Source of the DNA: Perna viridis
Lineage: Eukaryota
Length of the DNA: 64,000 nt
NCBI GenBank assembly: GCA_037379345.1
Contig: CM074521.1
Coordinates: 35,240,704 to 35,304,703, forward strand
Direction: 5' to 3'
Made by a program: the position numbers and the translations under genes. How positions within the stretch are numbered: the first letter of the stretch is position 1; each line of letters opens with the position of its first letter. The notes under the pieces were generated by a model that was not told where the DNA came from, ran no database searches, and saw nothing but the letters and a program-made list of their open reading frames with translations. Of this stretch, positions 24,500-37,743 are shown piece after piece.

Positions 24500-25013
24500 C
24501 TACCTATGGAGTATTCATATCACAACTTATACGTTATGCCAGAGCTTGCCGAAACTACGCAGACTTTTTGTATTGCGCTAGAATTCTAACAAATAGGCTT
24601 CTGAAACAGGGTTATGTTGCTACACGATTGAAGTCATAACTACAGAAGTTTTATGGTCGTCATCATGAACTCGTTGATCGTTATGGTGTATCCATCTGCG
24701 CCATGAAAACTGATTTATTCAGCGTCTCATAGTTTTCCTTTTCTCTCTCGTCTACCTCGGACTTGACTTTTCATGAGCAGCTTGGCCTTTGTTTCTTGAA
24801 AAGCAAAGGATGCTTACCCTACCGGTGCACCTGGCCCATGCTCCCAGATTTTAGTGGAGTCCGAGTTGCTCATTTGCTTTCGTTACTTTGTATGTATGAT
24901 TTTAGTTACTTCAAGTTCTTTGTTGTGTATGTCTGTTTTCTATGTCCGGACTTTGTCCCTGGAGTACATTCTTTTGATTACCGCTATAACCTTGGTTCCC
25001 TTGATTACTCTTT
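24500..25013 (+). mobile_element. Naiad-type PLE 3' fragment (RT C-terminus plus 3' module) inserted in the RTE LINE
   Basis: YGVFISQLIRYARACRNYADFLYCARILTNRLLKQGYVATRLKS*LQKFYGRHHELVDRYGVSICAMKTDLFSVS*, then the family 3' module. Confidence 0.88.
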
Positions 25014-28000
25014 CTAAATCAGTCTCTGGCTCTTGTAAGACTGGCTTATTTACTGGTGGTTTATTTAGAATCTCTTTAAGATATTCAGTCCATCTACATC
25101 CTTGTTCTTTTTCAGATATTATAATATTTCCATTTTGTCCTTGACGGTATATTAGGTGATGGCTATTCTGTTTCTACATGTAAATACTGTTTTGTGGCCT
25201 CGTATAGCTGTCACTGCTGTAATTTTCCTGCTGCAACTTCGTCTTCTTCTGCAATCATGTCAATGTAGTTTCTTTTGTCTTTTCTAGCAAGTTTCTTTCC
25301 ATCTTGATGGATATCATTATACATCTTTTGGTATTTATTTTCGGATTTTCGGATTTGCCTCTTTCACTCTATTTTTTACTTTTCTTCTATCTTCAATCCT
25401 AAATCACGTTTCAGGTGTTATTCAATTTTTCCTGTTTACTCGCTCTTTGTAGCCAATACAGTCTTCCTCGGTCTTTGTGAAGATGTAAGAATTTTTTACC
25501 TATTTATCATCAGTTGTCTCAATTTCTTCCTGGAGGTATTTAAGTACTTTAAATCTATTATCTAGTCACAAAGTGAAATCCCTTTTAACCTTGTTGTCAT
25601 GAAATTTTTCGAGATCGAAACTCTCATTTGCCTGAGCTCTTAGATTTACAGACCTCAGTTTTAGTTTGATAATTGCTGTTACTAGTTGATGGTCACCACC
25701 TGCATGTACATCTGCTCCTCTTTTCACCCGTACATCATGTAATGATCTTCTCCACATGTTTACTAGTATCTGATCCATCTGTTTTTTAATCTCTCATATT
25801 GGGCGAGTATCAAGTTTGTTTTGCATTTCCTCATGAGGTAATAAAGTGCCTCCTGCTATCAAGTTGTTCGTTGAGCAGAATTCCTCAAGTCTTGAACCAT
25901 TTTCATTCCTTGTACCACATGCATGTTTCCCTAGAGTTCGTTGAAAGTCTTTGTTATCTGAACCTACTTATGCATTCAAATCTCCCATTATAATCTTCTT
26001 ATAATGCTTTGGAATTTTATCATATTCTTGTTGTAGCTGGACATTCTGGTATAAAAGACAGTAGAGTTTTTATTTGAAGTATTATTTTGAATAACATAGA
26101 AATTTCAAGTGTTAAATCATGAAGCTAGTGAAGCTGCTTGGGTGGAATAACATTCAGATATTGTGGGTATTAGTGATTTTGTGAAACATTATAATTTAAA
26201 ATTTGAAACTACGTATTGACGATGAGTTCCATCCCCTGTCATTATACAGTTTATGTTTTGGTCGATGTTTATACGTATCGTTAGAGGTTCTTGTAGATTT
26301 CATATCCATTTTTCGGGCTGGTTGACATAATCCATATCGATAAATATAGTCGAGGGTAGATCTGATGTCACCCTTTTAGATTGTTTTAAGATGGTGATGC
26401 CGAGCGCCGTTACATTCTATATGTGGATGGTGGAAGAGATTATGCTCGATTTGGAAAGGTTTGGCTGATTATGTAGAAAATTACTGGAAATAACTTGAGA
26501 TTGCCCTATCTCGGGCCAGCCAGTGCTCCCTCTCCGAAATTACGTCCAATAATCTCTCATTTAACATTAGCATACGTAAGTGTCGTTTTTTGTTGTTAAT
26601 TCCGATATTGTTAGATTGACATTTTTGTTGTTGTTTCATTTCGGTCGACACACCTTCGACATGTAATACGGGATTATATTCAGTTGTGGTAAAACATAAA
26701 AAAAAATAACTTAAGAAAATGTCATTTGAATTGTTTATATAATTGAATTACATGCATAAGGAGATTAGGACTTGCATCGATGTGATGACATCTGTGAAAT
26801 GGGATATAAACAGACTACTCAACTACAACGCAGGTAGGATTTTCTATGGAAAATAGTTATTTTAAATATCCTTATCATTATCATTATCGTCGTTGTTGTT
26901 ATCGTTATCTTCGTCACCATTAATTTTACTGTCCTCTATCCGGATTAGTCGTCTGTCTTACTGGAAAAGAACCTTAGTCTTCCGGTGCAATTTACATTTT
27001 TGATATTTGAAAAGTCAAATGAACAGCTTACAAAGCTCACCGAAAAAAAAAATGAAATTCTAGAACAGATTGTCCGTGAAATGTCAACAACAAGAATGTC
27101 TTGAGCTACTAATGTAGCTAGGGACAGTATTCCATTGCTTTAGCTTACTATGGTCCCAAATTATTTTCCTATGCAATAGGCAGTGTGCTGTGGGCAATTC
27201 TGATTTGCTGAGTAGAAAGGTCTCTGAGACAGTTGAAAATAGTGTCGTTAGGAAGTACACGAAGACACTAAATGGAACAATTAGTGTAGGTCTAAAATTA
27301 TGTTTTCATAATTTGGGATTAAAATAGACTATGACTGTGTAACACGACTCAGTACAAAAACAAAGATGGGCTGCTCATCGTCATCGTGTTTTAATAACTC
27401 AGAGGATGTTCATCCGTTGTGCCGGGCCTGGGTCCATCTTTAAAAGAACAATCTAATGAAGGTTAGAATTTTTAGGGTCTACAACAGAATTTGTGTGACT
27501 AGATTAATTATGCACTTAAAGTACAACAATTTGGAACTAGAGTCTTGTTCGATTAGGCGCTTGAAATATAAGCTATTGGATGCCAAACTACATGTATTAC
27601 ACGGATAATGGGCAGTTTGGATTCACAAACAGAACAACAGGGTTAACAAAACCCTTCGATAAACTTGATGCACGTGATAAGAAAATGCATAATATGCGTA
27701 CGATTCCATACCGTTTTCCAAGAGTAACACTGCTGTGGTACTGGAAAGGACTTTCAGTATACCACTTCACAATATTAATTCTTTGTCCGATTTTCTAGCT
27801 GCCATGATCGGATAATTAAGCTTGGTATCTTGCCATATCAGACAATTTTTAAAAAATAATTTACAATTCATAGTTTTAAATGAACATTACTAACCAACTT
27901 ACTACAATATGTATAGAAATGCCCATCCTTTATGGACCGAAACTTTCGACAACTGGTCATTACGAACCGGAAATTCCTACAGCCGGTCAATACGAAATCA

Positions 28001-28332
28001 CAGCCATGCATTACGAATTTCAAAACAGGGCATCAATACGGGGCCATTATGAACTAAATAAAAAATGGCGTACGTTTCTTAAAATAAGTGACAACTTTAA
28101 TTAAGAGTGTCCTAATATTTCAATTAATTAGATTAGGATATTTAAAGCTGAAAAATGGTACTGAGCCTAAGTATATTGAATTATTAGGTATTGAGCTTTA
28201 AATTTACGATTTGAAGGGGTAGTGGAAAAAGCAACAAAAATGAAATCTCGAAGCGGGAGCAAATACTTTTCTATACAAAAATGCTAAAGGAAAAAGGCGA
28301 CTTTCGTGTTTTAGTGGTTTTCAAAGACGAAA

Positions 28333-28869
28333 TATGCAAGCCAAGGTGGACAAAAATGGTTATTTTCTAATATTAAAAAATTATTTGTTTTAATATTACA
28401 AATTCATTTCCTAATATTACAAATTTGATTTCTTATATCACAAAAAACTTTTTTAATATTAAAAAATCATTTTTTGATATTAGAAATTGATTTTCTAATA
28501 TTAGAAGATGGATTTGTTGTATTCAATTATGATTTTTTAATAGTAGAAAATCATTTTGTAATATTAAAAAATGTGACTGATTTTGCAATATTGCAAAGTG
28601 ATTTTCTAATATTACAAATTCATTTTCTAATATTACATATTCATTTTCTAATATTACAAATTCAATTTGTAATATTACAAAATGTGTGATGTTTTATAAT
28701 ATTACTTAATCAGGAATTTGTAATATTATAAAATGAATTTTTGATATTAAAAATATTTTCTAATATTAAAAAAAATGAATTTTTTAATATAACAAAATGA
28801 ATTTCTAATATTAAGAAATCTTTTCTAATATTACAAAATATTGATTTTTGTCCATTTTGGCTTGCCATA
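28333..28869. mobile_element. MITE with ~25-bp TIRs and internal ~21-bp tandem repeats
   Basis: Left TATGCAAGCCAAGGTGGACAAAAAT, right ATTTTTGTCCATTTTGGCTTGCCATA; interior TTTCTAATATTACAAATTCAT-like units. Confidence 0.8.
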
Positions 28870-29104
28870 CAGTCAAATCTCATTGTTTTGCAAGAAATTA
28901 ATCTTCAAAGTAAATTTTTTTTTCTCTTTTTACTCACCTTCCTTGTGCGCTTCTCTGTCAAACGACATTTAGAAATAGCTTTATTCCAGATCAAAATGCA
29001 CTTAAAAACACGGTTTTTACGTAAAAAATTGCCAAATTATTTTTTAATATACCGGGTCACATACTAGGACAGTATCAATAAACCTAAAGAGAATGACGGA
29101 AACA
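28851..29104 (+). repeat. Left copy of ~260-bp direct duplication flanking a LINE
   Basis: Colinear with 31747-32014. Confidence 0.88.
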
Positions 29105-31746
29105 ACCCAAATTGAAAACATTTGAAAAACTCCTACTCCAACGTATACAAACATTCGTGATAATACCAGGAACGTTTCCAAATCCACTGCAACACGGGTT
29201 TCAGAAAGGTCTGGGTTGTCTGACTGCGTCCTATTGTCTTCTTGAAACAATTTATAATAACATTGAACAACACAGTAAAGTATTTGCCGCATTCCTAGAC
29301 AGTAGAAAAGCCTTTGATACGGTATGGCGCAAAGCACTTATGGTCAAACTTTGTAACTTAGGTGTTAAAGGTAAAGCTTGGTCCTGTATAAATATGTTAT
29401 ATAGTAATATACAAAGTTCGGTTATTGTAAATCAATGCAAATCGAAGTATTTTGAAGTAAATGAAGGTGTACGGCAACGTGGTGTGTTATCTGGTTTTTT
29501 ATACCTTGTGTTTATTAATGATTTAATCAATGAGCTGTGTAATTCTAATCTAGTTTATAATCTTTATTAACCAAAGACATATACAACTATAGGTTACACT
29601 ATAATACATAAGTGCTAATAATTTTTAGCTGATACTAGTAAGCAGAAGGTACTGTGTAAAATTATCACATGTCAGGACGTAACTTCATAGCACGAAATAT
29701 AAATTTACCCAAATGCAATAACTCTTTGATATTACAAGAACTCATTAACTGTATAAACTTAAACATTGATGTTTTTTTCCAATAATATGGTTTAATAAAA
29801 TACGATCTGAAACCCTGATATACTGGACATTTCAATACAAAGTGCATCTCATCCTCGATGTCATCCTTACAAAATTTACATAATCTGTTTTGTCTAGGCA
29901 TTGCAGAAAACCGACCACTCTTCACAGTCAGATTATGGCTACTAAGCCTTAATTGTGTAATACATTTCTTATAAACATCTAGTAATGGTTTAGAAAGATA
30001 AAATTGCAGACAAAAATTGTGAACAATATATTGATAATTAGAACATTTACTTGAAGTACTTAACAAACCGTCAAAATACTGCTTTTGACAATCATATAGT
30101 CTTTGTTTGATCAAAAATAGAAAGTCATTACAGATTTTGTTATCTATGAAAAAATTTTGGTTACACCAGATATCACCAAGACCAATACTGTAGAGTTCAT
30201 TTTTAACAACCAGTTTAGGTTATTGCTTGGACGTTTCTATAGCTCATCATATAGAATGTGTAACAACTCTTCAAAATGAAGTTAATCAGGTAACAGGTGT
30301 AAATAGTATAAAATGTTGTGCCCCTTCGCTTGCTGACGATATTACATGCATTGCTACAACACCTAAAGCATTACAACGAATGCTTGATGTATGCACCGAG
30401 TATGCGAATAAGTGGCAGTTTCAGTTTAATGGCAAGAAATCGTATGTGATACAATTTTCTAAATGGTTCGTAAAATCAGACTTAAAATGGACAGTTAGCC
30501 AGGATATAATTCCAATTTTAGAAAGCCATGTGCATTTAGGGATTGAACTCAATGGTAAATTTAAGTTTCTCTCAAGAACAACGAACGTTTGTAGGAAAGG
30601 TAGAAACACTTATTTTGCAATTGCCAATATCAGATGTGGAAACATAAATCCGTCAGTGCTTATGAAATTATATAGATCTGTTGTTATACCCACCGTTCTA
30701 TACGGTTGTGAAGTATGGAACAATTTAACGAATACCGAGCTAGCACTTCTAAATAGATTTCAACATTTTGTTGTCAAACATGCACAAAAGTTCAGCACAC
30801 TCACACGATCGGACATTTGCGAAAGTATGGTTGGGTTACGCAGCATAACAAGTGAAATCGAAAAACGCAAACTTTATTTCTTCGGCAAACTTTGCAAGTT
30901 GGATAATAGCTGCTTGGCGAAAACTACATGCCTAACAGACAATCGAAATCGCATAGGCTTTATTCCAGATATTTTAGATCTCTTAATCAAATTTAACCTG
31001 TACGAATCCCTTGCGATCTTTATCAGAGACGGTGACTTTCCTTTAAATTACAATGGAAACACATGGTGGTAAATGCGGTTCATGCAAAACTTGATAATGA
31101 CTGGAAAACACGTATAGACTCACATAGTGGCTTTAGTCGATTCAGAGAAATCCACAATTCCATTGCTGTTGCTGACATCTGGAAGTACTCTACAAACTGC
31201 TTTGATTTGCGTACCGCTCACATTATTGCTAAATATATTTCCTCTGTACCAAACCTAATCGAACAATGATGTAAATTATGTGATCAAATATTCACCGATA
31301 TGCTTGTCCATGCTACCAAAAACTGTACAAGTACTTCAGGGTTGTTTAATGTTTGGATGGACCTTATAATTGAACATTTTCCTCTAAAGCTGTACGTAGA
31401 ACTAAGCCAGTATGATGATGAATCGCTTGTCCGAATTTAAAAAAAAAACTTCCACTGAACTCTGTGATTCCGATATAGATGAATTCAGACAACTCTGCTA
31501 CATCCATATTGTAAAGTCAACAGGCGAATATTTAAGATGCTTACGTTGTTGCAATACATTTTTGTAGCTAATGCATGTCACCAGTACACGAACATATCTT
31601 GCTCACTTTACTTGTATATAGATATGAATTAGTAATACAATTCATTATTATTATTATTTAATATTTCCTATTTGTGTCTTAATTAATTTGTAATTATGTA
31701 ATTGCAATTCATGTAATCTCTATTTTGAGGAATTAAAGAATGAATA
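29105..31746 (+). mobile_element. 5'-truncated CR1/L2-group LINE (RT), split by a nested LINE fragment
   Basis: ORF 29112-29570 (QHGFQKG, FLDSRKAFDTVW, GVRQRGVLSG) rejoins in frame with CAPSLADD...HLGI...LYGCEVW. Ends AATTAAAGAATGAATA. Confidence 0.9.
29551..30282 (-). mobile_element. Nested CR1-like LINE 3' fragment with TAATC target-site duplication
   Basis: ORF 29665-30114 (QLRLSSHNL...RLCKFC..DIEDEMHFVLKCP) and AATAAA tail. TAATC at 29546-29550 and 30283-30287; removal restores NELCNSNQVTGV in the host LINE. Confidence 0.88.
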
Positions 31747-32014
31747 TCCATTTTGGCTTGTCATACAGTCAAATCTCATTGTTTTGCAAGAAATTAATCT
31801 TCAAAGTAATTTTGTTTATCTCTTCTACTCACCTACCTTGTGCGCTCCTCTGTCAAACGACATTTAGAAATAGCTTGATTCCGGATCAAAATGCACTTAA
31901 AACACGGTTTTTACGTAAAAAATGACCAAATTATTTGTTTTTTTTTTTTAATTTCCCGGGTCATATACTAGGACAGTATCAATAAACCTATTAGTAAGGA
32001 GAATGACGGAACAA
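31747..32014 (+). repeat. Right copy of ~260-bp direct duplication flanking a LINE
   Basis: Begins inside a copy of the MITE right TIR (TCCATTTTGGCTTGTCATA) and matches 28851-29104 with substitutions and indels. Confidence 0.88.
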
Positions 32015-32338
32015 TACTCCCTAAATTATAGATATCTGAAAAGTCATGGTTTTTGTCGGGTATCAGTCGACTGGTCACGTGATTGATTAGCTCATGAATA
32101 TTCGTTTTTGGTGATCACAATTTCTCCATATAAATTATTAGGTATGATTAATCTTGTACTTGTCTATAAATTTACGATTTTTAGGGGGATTATTGGAAAA
32201 GCAACAAAACCTTCATGATATTTATTTTCATAAATATATGATTCATCGAGATATGAACGTATTTTTAATTAATATGAAATCATATGTATTGATAATAAAT
32301 TCTGACTATGTCCTGCAATAAATTTAGTTAATAAAAGT

Positions 32339-32442
32339 ATCAATGCATGGTCTTTTCCATATTGGCCCCATAACATGCCCTTTGTATTAATAATGGCCTC
32401 GGGCATGTTACTGGGCCAATATTGAAAAGGCCATACATTAAT
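32339..32442. repeat. Imperfect 42-bp inverted repeat with 20-nt loop
   Basis: ATCAATGCATGGTCTTTTCCATATTGGCCCCATAACATGCCC pairs with GGGCATGTTACTGGGCCAATATTGAAAAGGCCATACATTAAT. Confidence 0.85.
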
Positions 32443-32879
32443 GCTATATTAAAGAAAATGTAATGAAATTATAACAAGTCAGAAGAGATATGGTGATTAT
32501 GTCAAAGAGATAAAAAACCTACAAGGATGAAAAGCAGCTCAAGGCCATCAACGTGTCTTAAATATCTGCTTACAACTTTATTATTACCGTTTTTGGAAAT
32601 ACGACAATTGCTAGAAATTTTTTGGATAATTTTAGCCTGACTGGGAATATTGTCAAAACACTTGAGCATTGGTATGTGTGTATGTATTTATTATTTTATA
32701 GCAACCAGAACATATTATGAAACAATGCATTACTTAAAAAGTCAGCCAGTCTTCACAGGCTTACGATGTACTTTCTTTTCAAAACTAGCTAAATATCAAT
32801 GTTCGAACACTTTCAATAAAAAAAGGTATTGTAAGCAAATATATTTTAAAGTCTAAACCAAAGTTTTATAGGAAGATCA

Positions 32880-35290
32880 ATCTAATACAATTTCAGATAG
32901 TTTGTGCCTTGTTTTTAACGACTTCACTGATGAACTTGGAGACAATTTTCGTATCGACACTGAGTAGGAGTTGTAGTTTTTGTTCATCTGGTGGCGTGGT
33001 CAAATCACATTGGCTTCGGGCTTCAAATAGCGAAATCATATTTGCTCTGCCATCGGAGTACTTTGGGCAGTGTAACAGAAAGTGTTTTTCATCCTCTATT
33101 AGGCGTAAGTTACACATCTTACAAAGTCGTCTATCAGCCGGCACGCCCCTATCTCGACCTTTTCCTATTTCCAGAGGGAACACTCCGCATCTAATTCGAG
33201 CTATTTGTGATCTATCCTTTCTAACCATGTTTGTTTTAACATATGGTTGCACGCAAAATGTGTCATTTATGTCCTTATAAGTTCGTATCTTGGCATGCCC
33301 ATGACACTCTCACTCCACGTAATTTGATGCTTCTGCATTAAAAGTTCTATAACAAAAAACTTTGCAAGAAAATTAGTACTGATTCCATCAGACCACATTC
33401 ATAATTTTCTTAACACCATTATACCAAGTATCGTCGTGGTTTCTTGAAGTGTGTCTGTCCCATCTGAATATTCGTGACGGTATTCTAGTATGACGCATAT
33501 TTATAATTCGGCACCATAAATTAACTGCCTGGGATTGTGTTCTAATATGTGACGGTGTCCGTCCCATTTCACCAGAGAGTACCGGAATTGGCGTTGTTTT
33601 TCTTACTCCAAGAAACGTTCTCAAAGCTGTATATTGAAGTCTATCGAGTGATTCGAAATGTTTCAGTCCCCAGACTCCAGCAGCATAGTTGGTTACAGGA
33701 TTTGTAGTACATTCATATATCTTAGTATATGTGTCATAGTCAAGACCTTCTGCATTGTAATACTTCGAAACTAATGAACCAGAAGCACGGCTCCCTGCTG
33801 TGATTAATTTATCCACTGAAGTATTGAAGTCTAGTGTTTCTGACAGAGTTAAACCTAGGTAGCGGTAACTATTCACATAATGTAGATTTTTAATGTCGAG
33901 TTTAAACTGTGTTTCACATCTAGACTTGGAAGCTTTACGAACGTGTAAGATTTTCGTTTTGTCTATATTAACACTTAGATCCCATTTCTTTGACCACTGA
34001 TCAAGTCTATCTAGTTGATAATGTAAACCATCTGCGGAGCTTGCCATAATAACTATATCATCAGCATATAGTAAAGTACTTATACAAGTTTCGCCTACAA
34101 ATGCAATTCCGCATCCTAAGTCATTTCCGGGATAAGATCGTTAACGTACAATGCAAACAATGTGGGTGCAAAATTGTCACCTTGTCGTACTCCATTTTCT
34201 ACTGAAAACCAATCTGTAAGTAAATTGTTGACTCGGACACTACTTTTCAAATCGGAGTACATTCCTTTTATAGTTTTCAAGAATCTTCCATTTATTCCAC
34301 ATTTTTGAAGTTTATGCCACTGAGTCAAAGGCCTTTGAGAAATCAACGAAACTTAGGTATGTATCATGCTTTAGAAGTTTCCTGTTTCGTAAAATTGTGC
34401 AAAGTGAGTATATCTGATCGATACACGATCTAAATTTTCGAAAGCCATTTTGTTCTTCATGTAGAACGTTTTCTTGATTCAAGAATGTCACCAAGCGATT
34501 GTTCAACAAAGAATTAAATAAATTGGTAACGGTTGACGGATAACTTGGCTGGTGTTTCTAGAAAAGCAGAGGACGCTTACCCTACCGGTGCACCTGGTCC
34601 ATGCTCCCCGTTTTTAGTGGAGTCCGAATTGCTCATTTGCTTTTGTTACTTTGTATGTATGATTTTACATCATGTTCTTTGTTGTGTCTGTTTTCCATGT
34701 CTGGTCTTTGTCCCTGGATTACATTCTTTTGATTACCGCTATAACATTGGTTCCCTTGATTACTCTTTGACATTAAACTAATACTCCTGTAACTATAAGG
34801 GTCACGACAGTCTTTTCTCGGTTTCAAAATCGGACAAATAATACTTTTGTTCCATTGTCCTGGTACGATTCCTAATTTAAAGCAGCCGTTAAACAATTGT
34901 TCGAGAATAGGATGGAGAGATTTGTTTCAGAAATTTCAATTGGAATATTATCGACTCCGACTGATTTACCCAACTTCAAGGCAGTTGCTGCTTTTTCTAT
35001 TTCTTCCAAAGTTATATCACTGTTAAGCTCATTGCTTGGTATTGCCTCTCCGTCGTCGATTTGATCAACAAGCTCTGAGTCCATGATTTCGGCCAGTTCT
35101 TCTAATTCCGCTATAAAATCATCGTTGACTTCAGTTGTATCTTTTGAGAAAAGTTTTGCGTATTGCTCATGCCATCATTTAAGTATAGTGTCAATGTCCG
35201 ATGAGACTGTACCATCATCAAGTAGAACGTTTTCAATTTGGTTGTGATAAATTTTAAAAGTGTTATGAAAATAGACATTATTAAGGAGCT
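32880..35290 (-). mobile_element. CR1/L2-group LINE ORF2, frameshifted
   Basis: Consecutive minus ORFs: KLGKSVGVDNI, YRSISLMS, EQNGFRKFRSCID, FVDFSKAFDSV, GVRQGDNFAPTLF, YRYLG, RRLCKMC..IEDEKHFLLHCP. Confidence 0.9.
34538..34766 (+). mobile_element. Naiad-type PLE 3' module inserted in the LINE, flanked by TTGAC
   Basis: TTGAC at 34533-34537 and 34767-34771; removal restores the LINE frame YRSISLMS-TVTNLFNSLLNNRL. Confidence 0.88.
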
Positions 35291-35804
35291 CACACGCCTC
35301 GGTATCTAATTGTGAGGTGTCACGTGAGATTATCGATGATACCTACTTAATAAAATGTTTGTCATTGCTTGGATTCTTCTTCAACTATGCTGAATGCCAG
35401 TTCAAGACTCGAAATCGAATAAAAATGTATTTAAATTTAGAAACATCCCTTTCTTGGAGATCTTAAAACGGTGAGCTGGCGGGATACAGATTTAAGTATT
35501 ATGCGGGACAATTGTTAACCATAAAATTCATTTTTGATTCAGTGCTTTAGCGTTTTGATTTCTCATTTACCATTGCAATGACTCTAGAAGCGCATGCTCT
35601 AGACCGATATGTTGGATATACCAAACTGACTAAAAAACTGGCATTTTTTTACTGTCAATAGGTCTCATTTTAATTGTAGAAATATTTGTGGAATGTTACT
35701 AAATTATATTTGTATGGTCAAATAAATTATTACAAGTCGTATGCTCATTTGACAAATATTGATTACTTCCTCCTAACACTAAAAACTGACCATAAAATGT
35801 TTGA

Positions 35805-35961
35805 CGTCGATTGCTTATTTACATTGTACTTTTGTTGCTTTTTACGTATTATTTTTGATTATTTGTATGTTCTTTGTTGTGTTTGTCTATTTTCCCCAGT
35901 CTGGTCTTTGTCCCTGGATTATATTCTTTTTGTTTCCGCTAGAATCTTGGTTCCTTTGATT
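35805..35961 (+). mobile_element. Degraded Naiad-type PLE 3' tip
   Basis: GTCTGGTCTTTGTCCCTGGATTATATTC...CCGCTAGAATCTTGGTTCC. Confidence 0.7.
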
Positions 35962-36434
35962 TTACACGTCACAAAATATCCTTTTAGTTTTATGAAATCA
36001 AAACAACCTAGATTTGTACCTCGGGACATTCCAACCTTTCCAAAAATGTAAAACTTTTCAAATATTGACTTGAGTTAGAAGTAGCCTTATTGAGAATCGT
36101 TCTTCGTAAGTTAGTACTAAGTTAAATGTGCAATAATTTGTACACAAAATAATCTTTTAATAAAAAGCGTATATTATATATGGTCATCAATAATTTATTT
36201 ATTTAAATTCAGATATTGTTTTCGTTTCCGAAATACTTTAAGTGATATCTCTAATTAGCGCAGAAAGTGACAATATGTCTCAAGGAAAAAGCTAAAAATA
36301 GCGACAAGAAGATGTTCAAATAGTATATATTCAACTTCGTCCTTTTACAGGTTACACCTGCCTCATATGATAAACTGTAGATTATTCAAATGTATATGAA
36401 AATTATCATTTTTTTCTCAGCATAACCTATCACT

Positions 36435-36483
36435 ATGATGAATACCATGGTAATTGTGGGGATTTCATTGATTGGATTAAACT
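36435..36483 (+). CDS. Small secreted cysteine-rich (VWC/pacifastin-like) protein, coding exon 1 (signal peptide)
   Basis: Acceptor TTTTCTCAG at 36420; ATG at 36435; MMNTMVIVGISLIGLN plus 1 nt; donor GTAAGT at 36484 (phase 1). Confidence 0.75.
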
Positions 36484-36875
36484 GTAAGTATGAAACAGAG
36501 TAATAATATGATTTAGGTCTTGGCTAACAAGAAACTGATTCTTTAGTTCCATGGACCTTTTGCCCTGGTCATTTTGAGCGCCCCCTCCACCATCCCTACT
36601 CACAGCACCCTTCCCATAAAATATTTGCTACCTCATATGTTCCATTTTTCTATTTTGATGAAACACAAACGTATTCTTAACGCACTAAAATTGTTCTTAA
36701 CCTGTAATTAAAATAGAATAGTTCGTTTTAAAATGTAAAAAAGACACCCCCCTATTGCATATAGTATATGATGGCTAACAATGCAAAAAAATAAACATCA
36801 TACAGTACAACTTGTATTATGTAAGAATAAAACATGCACATGATATTTGGTAATATATTTACTGTTTAATTTTAG

Positions 36876-37067
36876 TTTGCTATGAAGAATACGGAAAAAG
36901 GATACCACATTGTATTAAGTACCACATTAACGAAACCATGCCTGACATATTTGCAGCCAGTCGATTCTGTCTCGTGGAAAATGGTTACAGATATTGTAGA
37001 GAATGGTCGTGTAACTTTGACTGTACAGATATTTATAATTGGACAGGACAATGCACAGCTTGTAAAA
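36876..37067 (+). CDS. Small secreted cysteine-rich protein, coding exon 2
   Basis: TTTTAG|...|GTAAGC, 192 nt, phase 1-1, open: FCYEEYGKRIPHCIKYHINETMPDIFAASRFCLVENGYRYCREWSCNFDCTDIYNWTGQCTACK. Confidence 0.8.
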
Positions 37068-37743
37068 GTAAGCAACACAAATTTATTATTTTGAATGTCA
37101 CCAGTGTAGTATTTTCCATCATTAAAGTCAAGGGACTGAGATAACTACCAAAGGTCCTTAGTCTATCATGACATAGTCCAAAATAAAAGGTGCATTACGG
37201 CATGGGAAGTGTGACAGCCATGCATACATGTATATACACAAAAAACGTCTTTTACCACTACTTTGAGTACTCAACAACTCAAACTTGCCTAATACATCTG
37301 AATACCATTAATTAACAAGAACAAATAAAAGTGTACATGTACAACTTCCTAATCATTAGAAGACTGGTAATAAGGCACAAGCTTACAATAGATTGCCCGA
37401 CCATGCAAACTGGGTTTCTTGAACCATCTTAATAATAAGTTGTGAATATTCTCAAATCCTTCAAAATTTAACTCCATGTATATTATTTGGTAATTTAATG
37501 ACCAAACGGTCATAGTAAATACAACCAAACTTGTGACATTCAGTCATGTTCAAAAACAAATCCTGCACTGCAATAAGTAGATAATGATAACGGTGTGCAA
37601 GTTTTTTTTTTTTTTGGAAAGCTATTACTTTGAAATCTTAATTACCATGAACTAATACAGTTCATTAGTATAAACAGTGCAACCAATAATACAGTTATAC
37701 AGCAGTAAGATACGATCAGAAATATAAATCATAAATCAATAAA

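Larger units (their letters stand above)
23266..26040 (-). mobile_element. RTE-clade LINE, degraded, interrupted by a MITE-like repeat and a Naiad copy
   Basis: (TAAG)n tail at ~23266-23280; RT fragment LVLLSRTHRYIQGKTNRL; linker ILNKPPVNKPVLQEPETDLE/GIDPP; endonuclease end SLHDVRVKRGADVHAGGDHQLVTAIIKLKL. Confidence 0.8.

Noticed and set aside
27360-27800. Possible exons (MGCSSS...; ORF 27580-27798)
   Set aside because: Early stop, no consistent splice model and no recognisable family.
36882-37094. 70-aa ORF MKNTEKG...
   Set aside because: Wrong frame; splice phases select the cysteine-rich frame.
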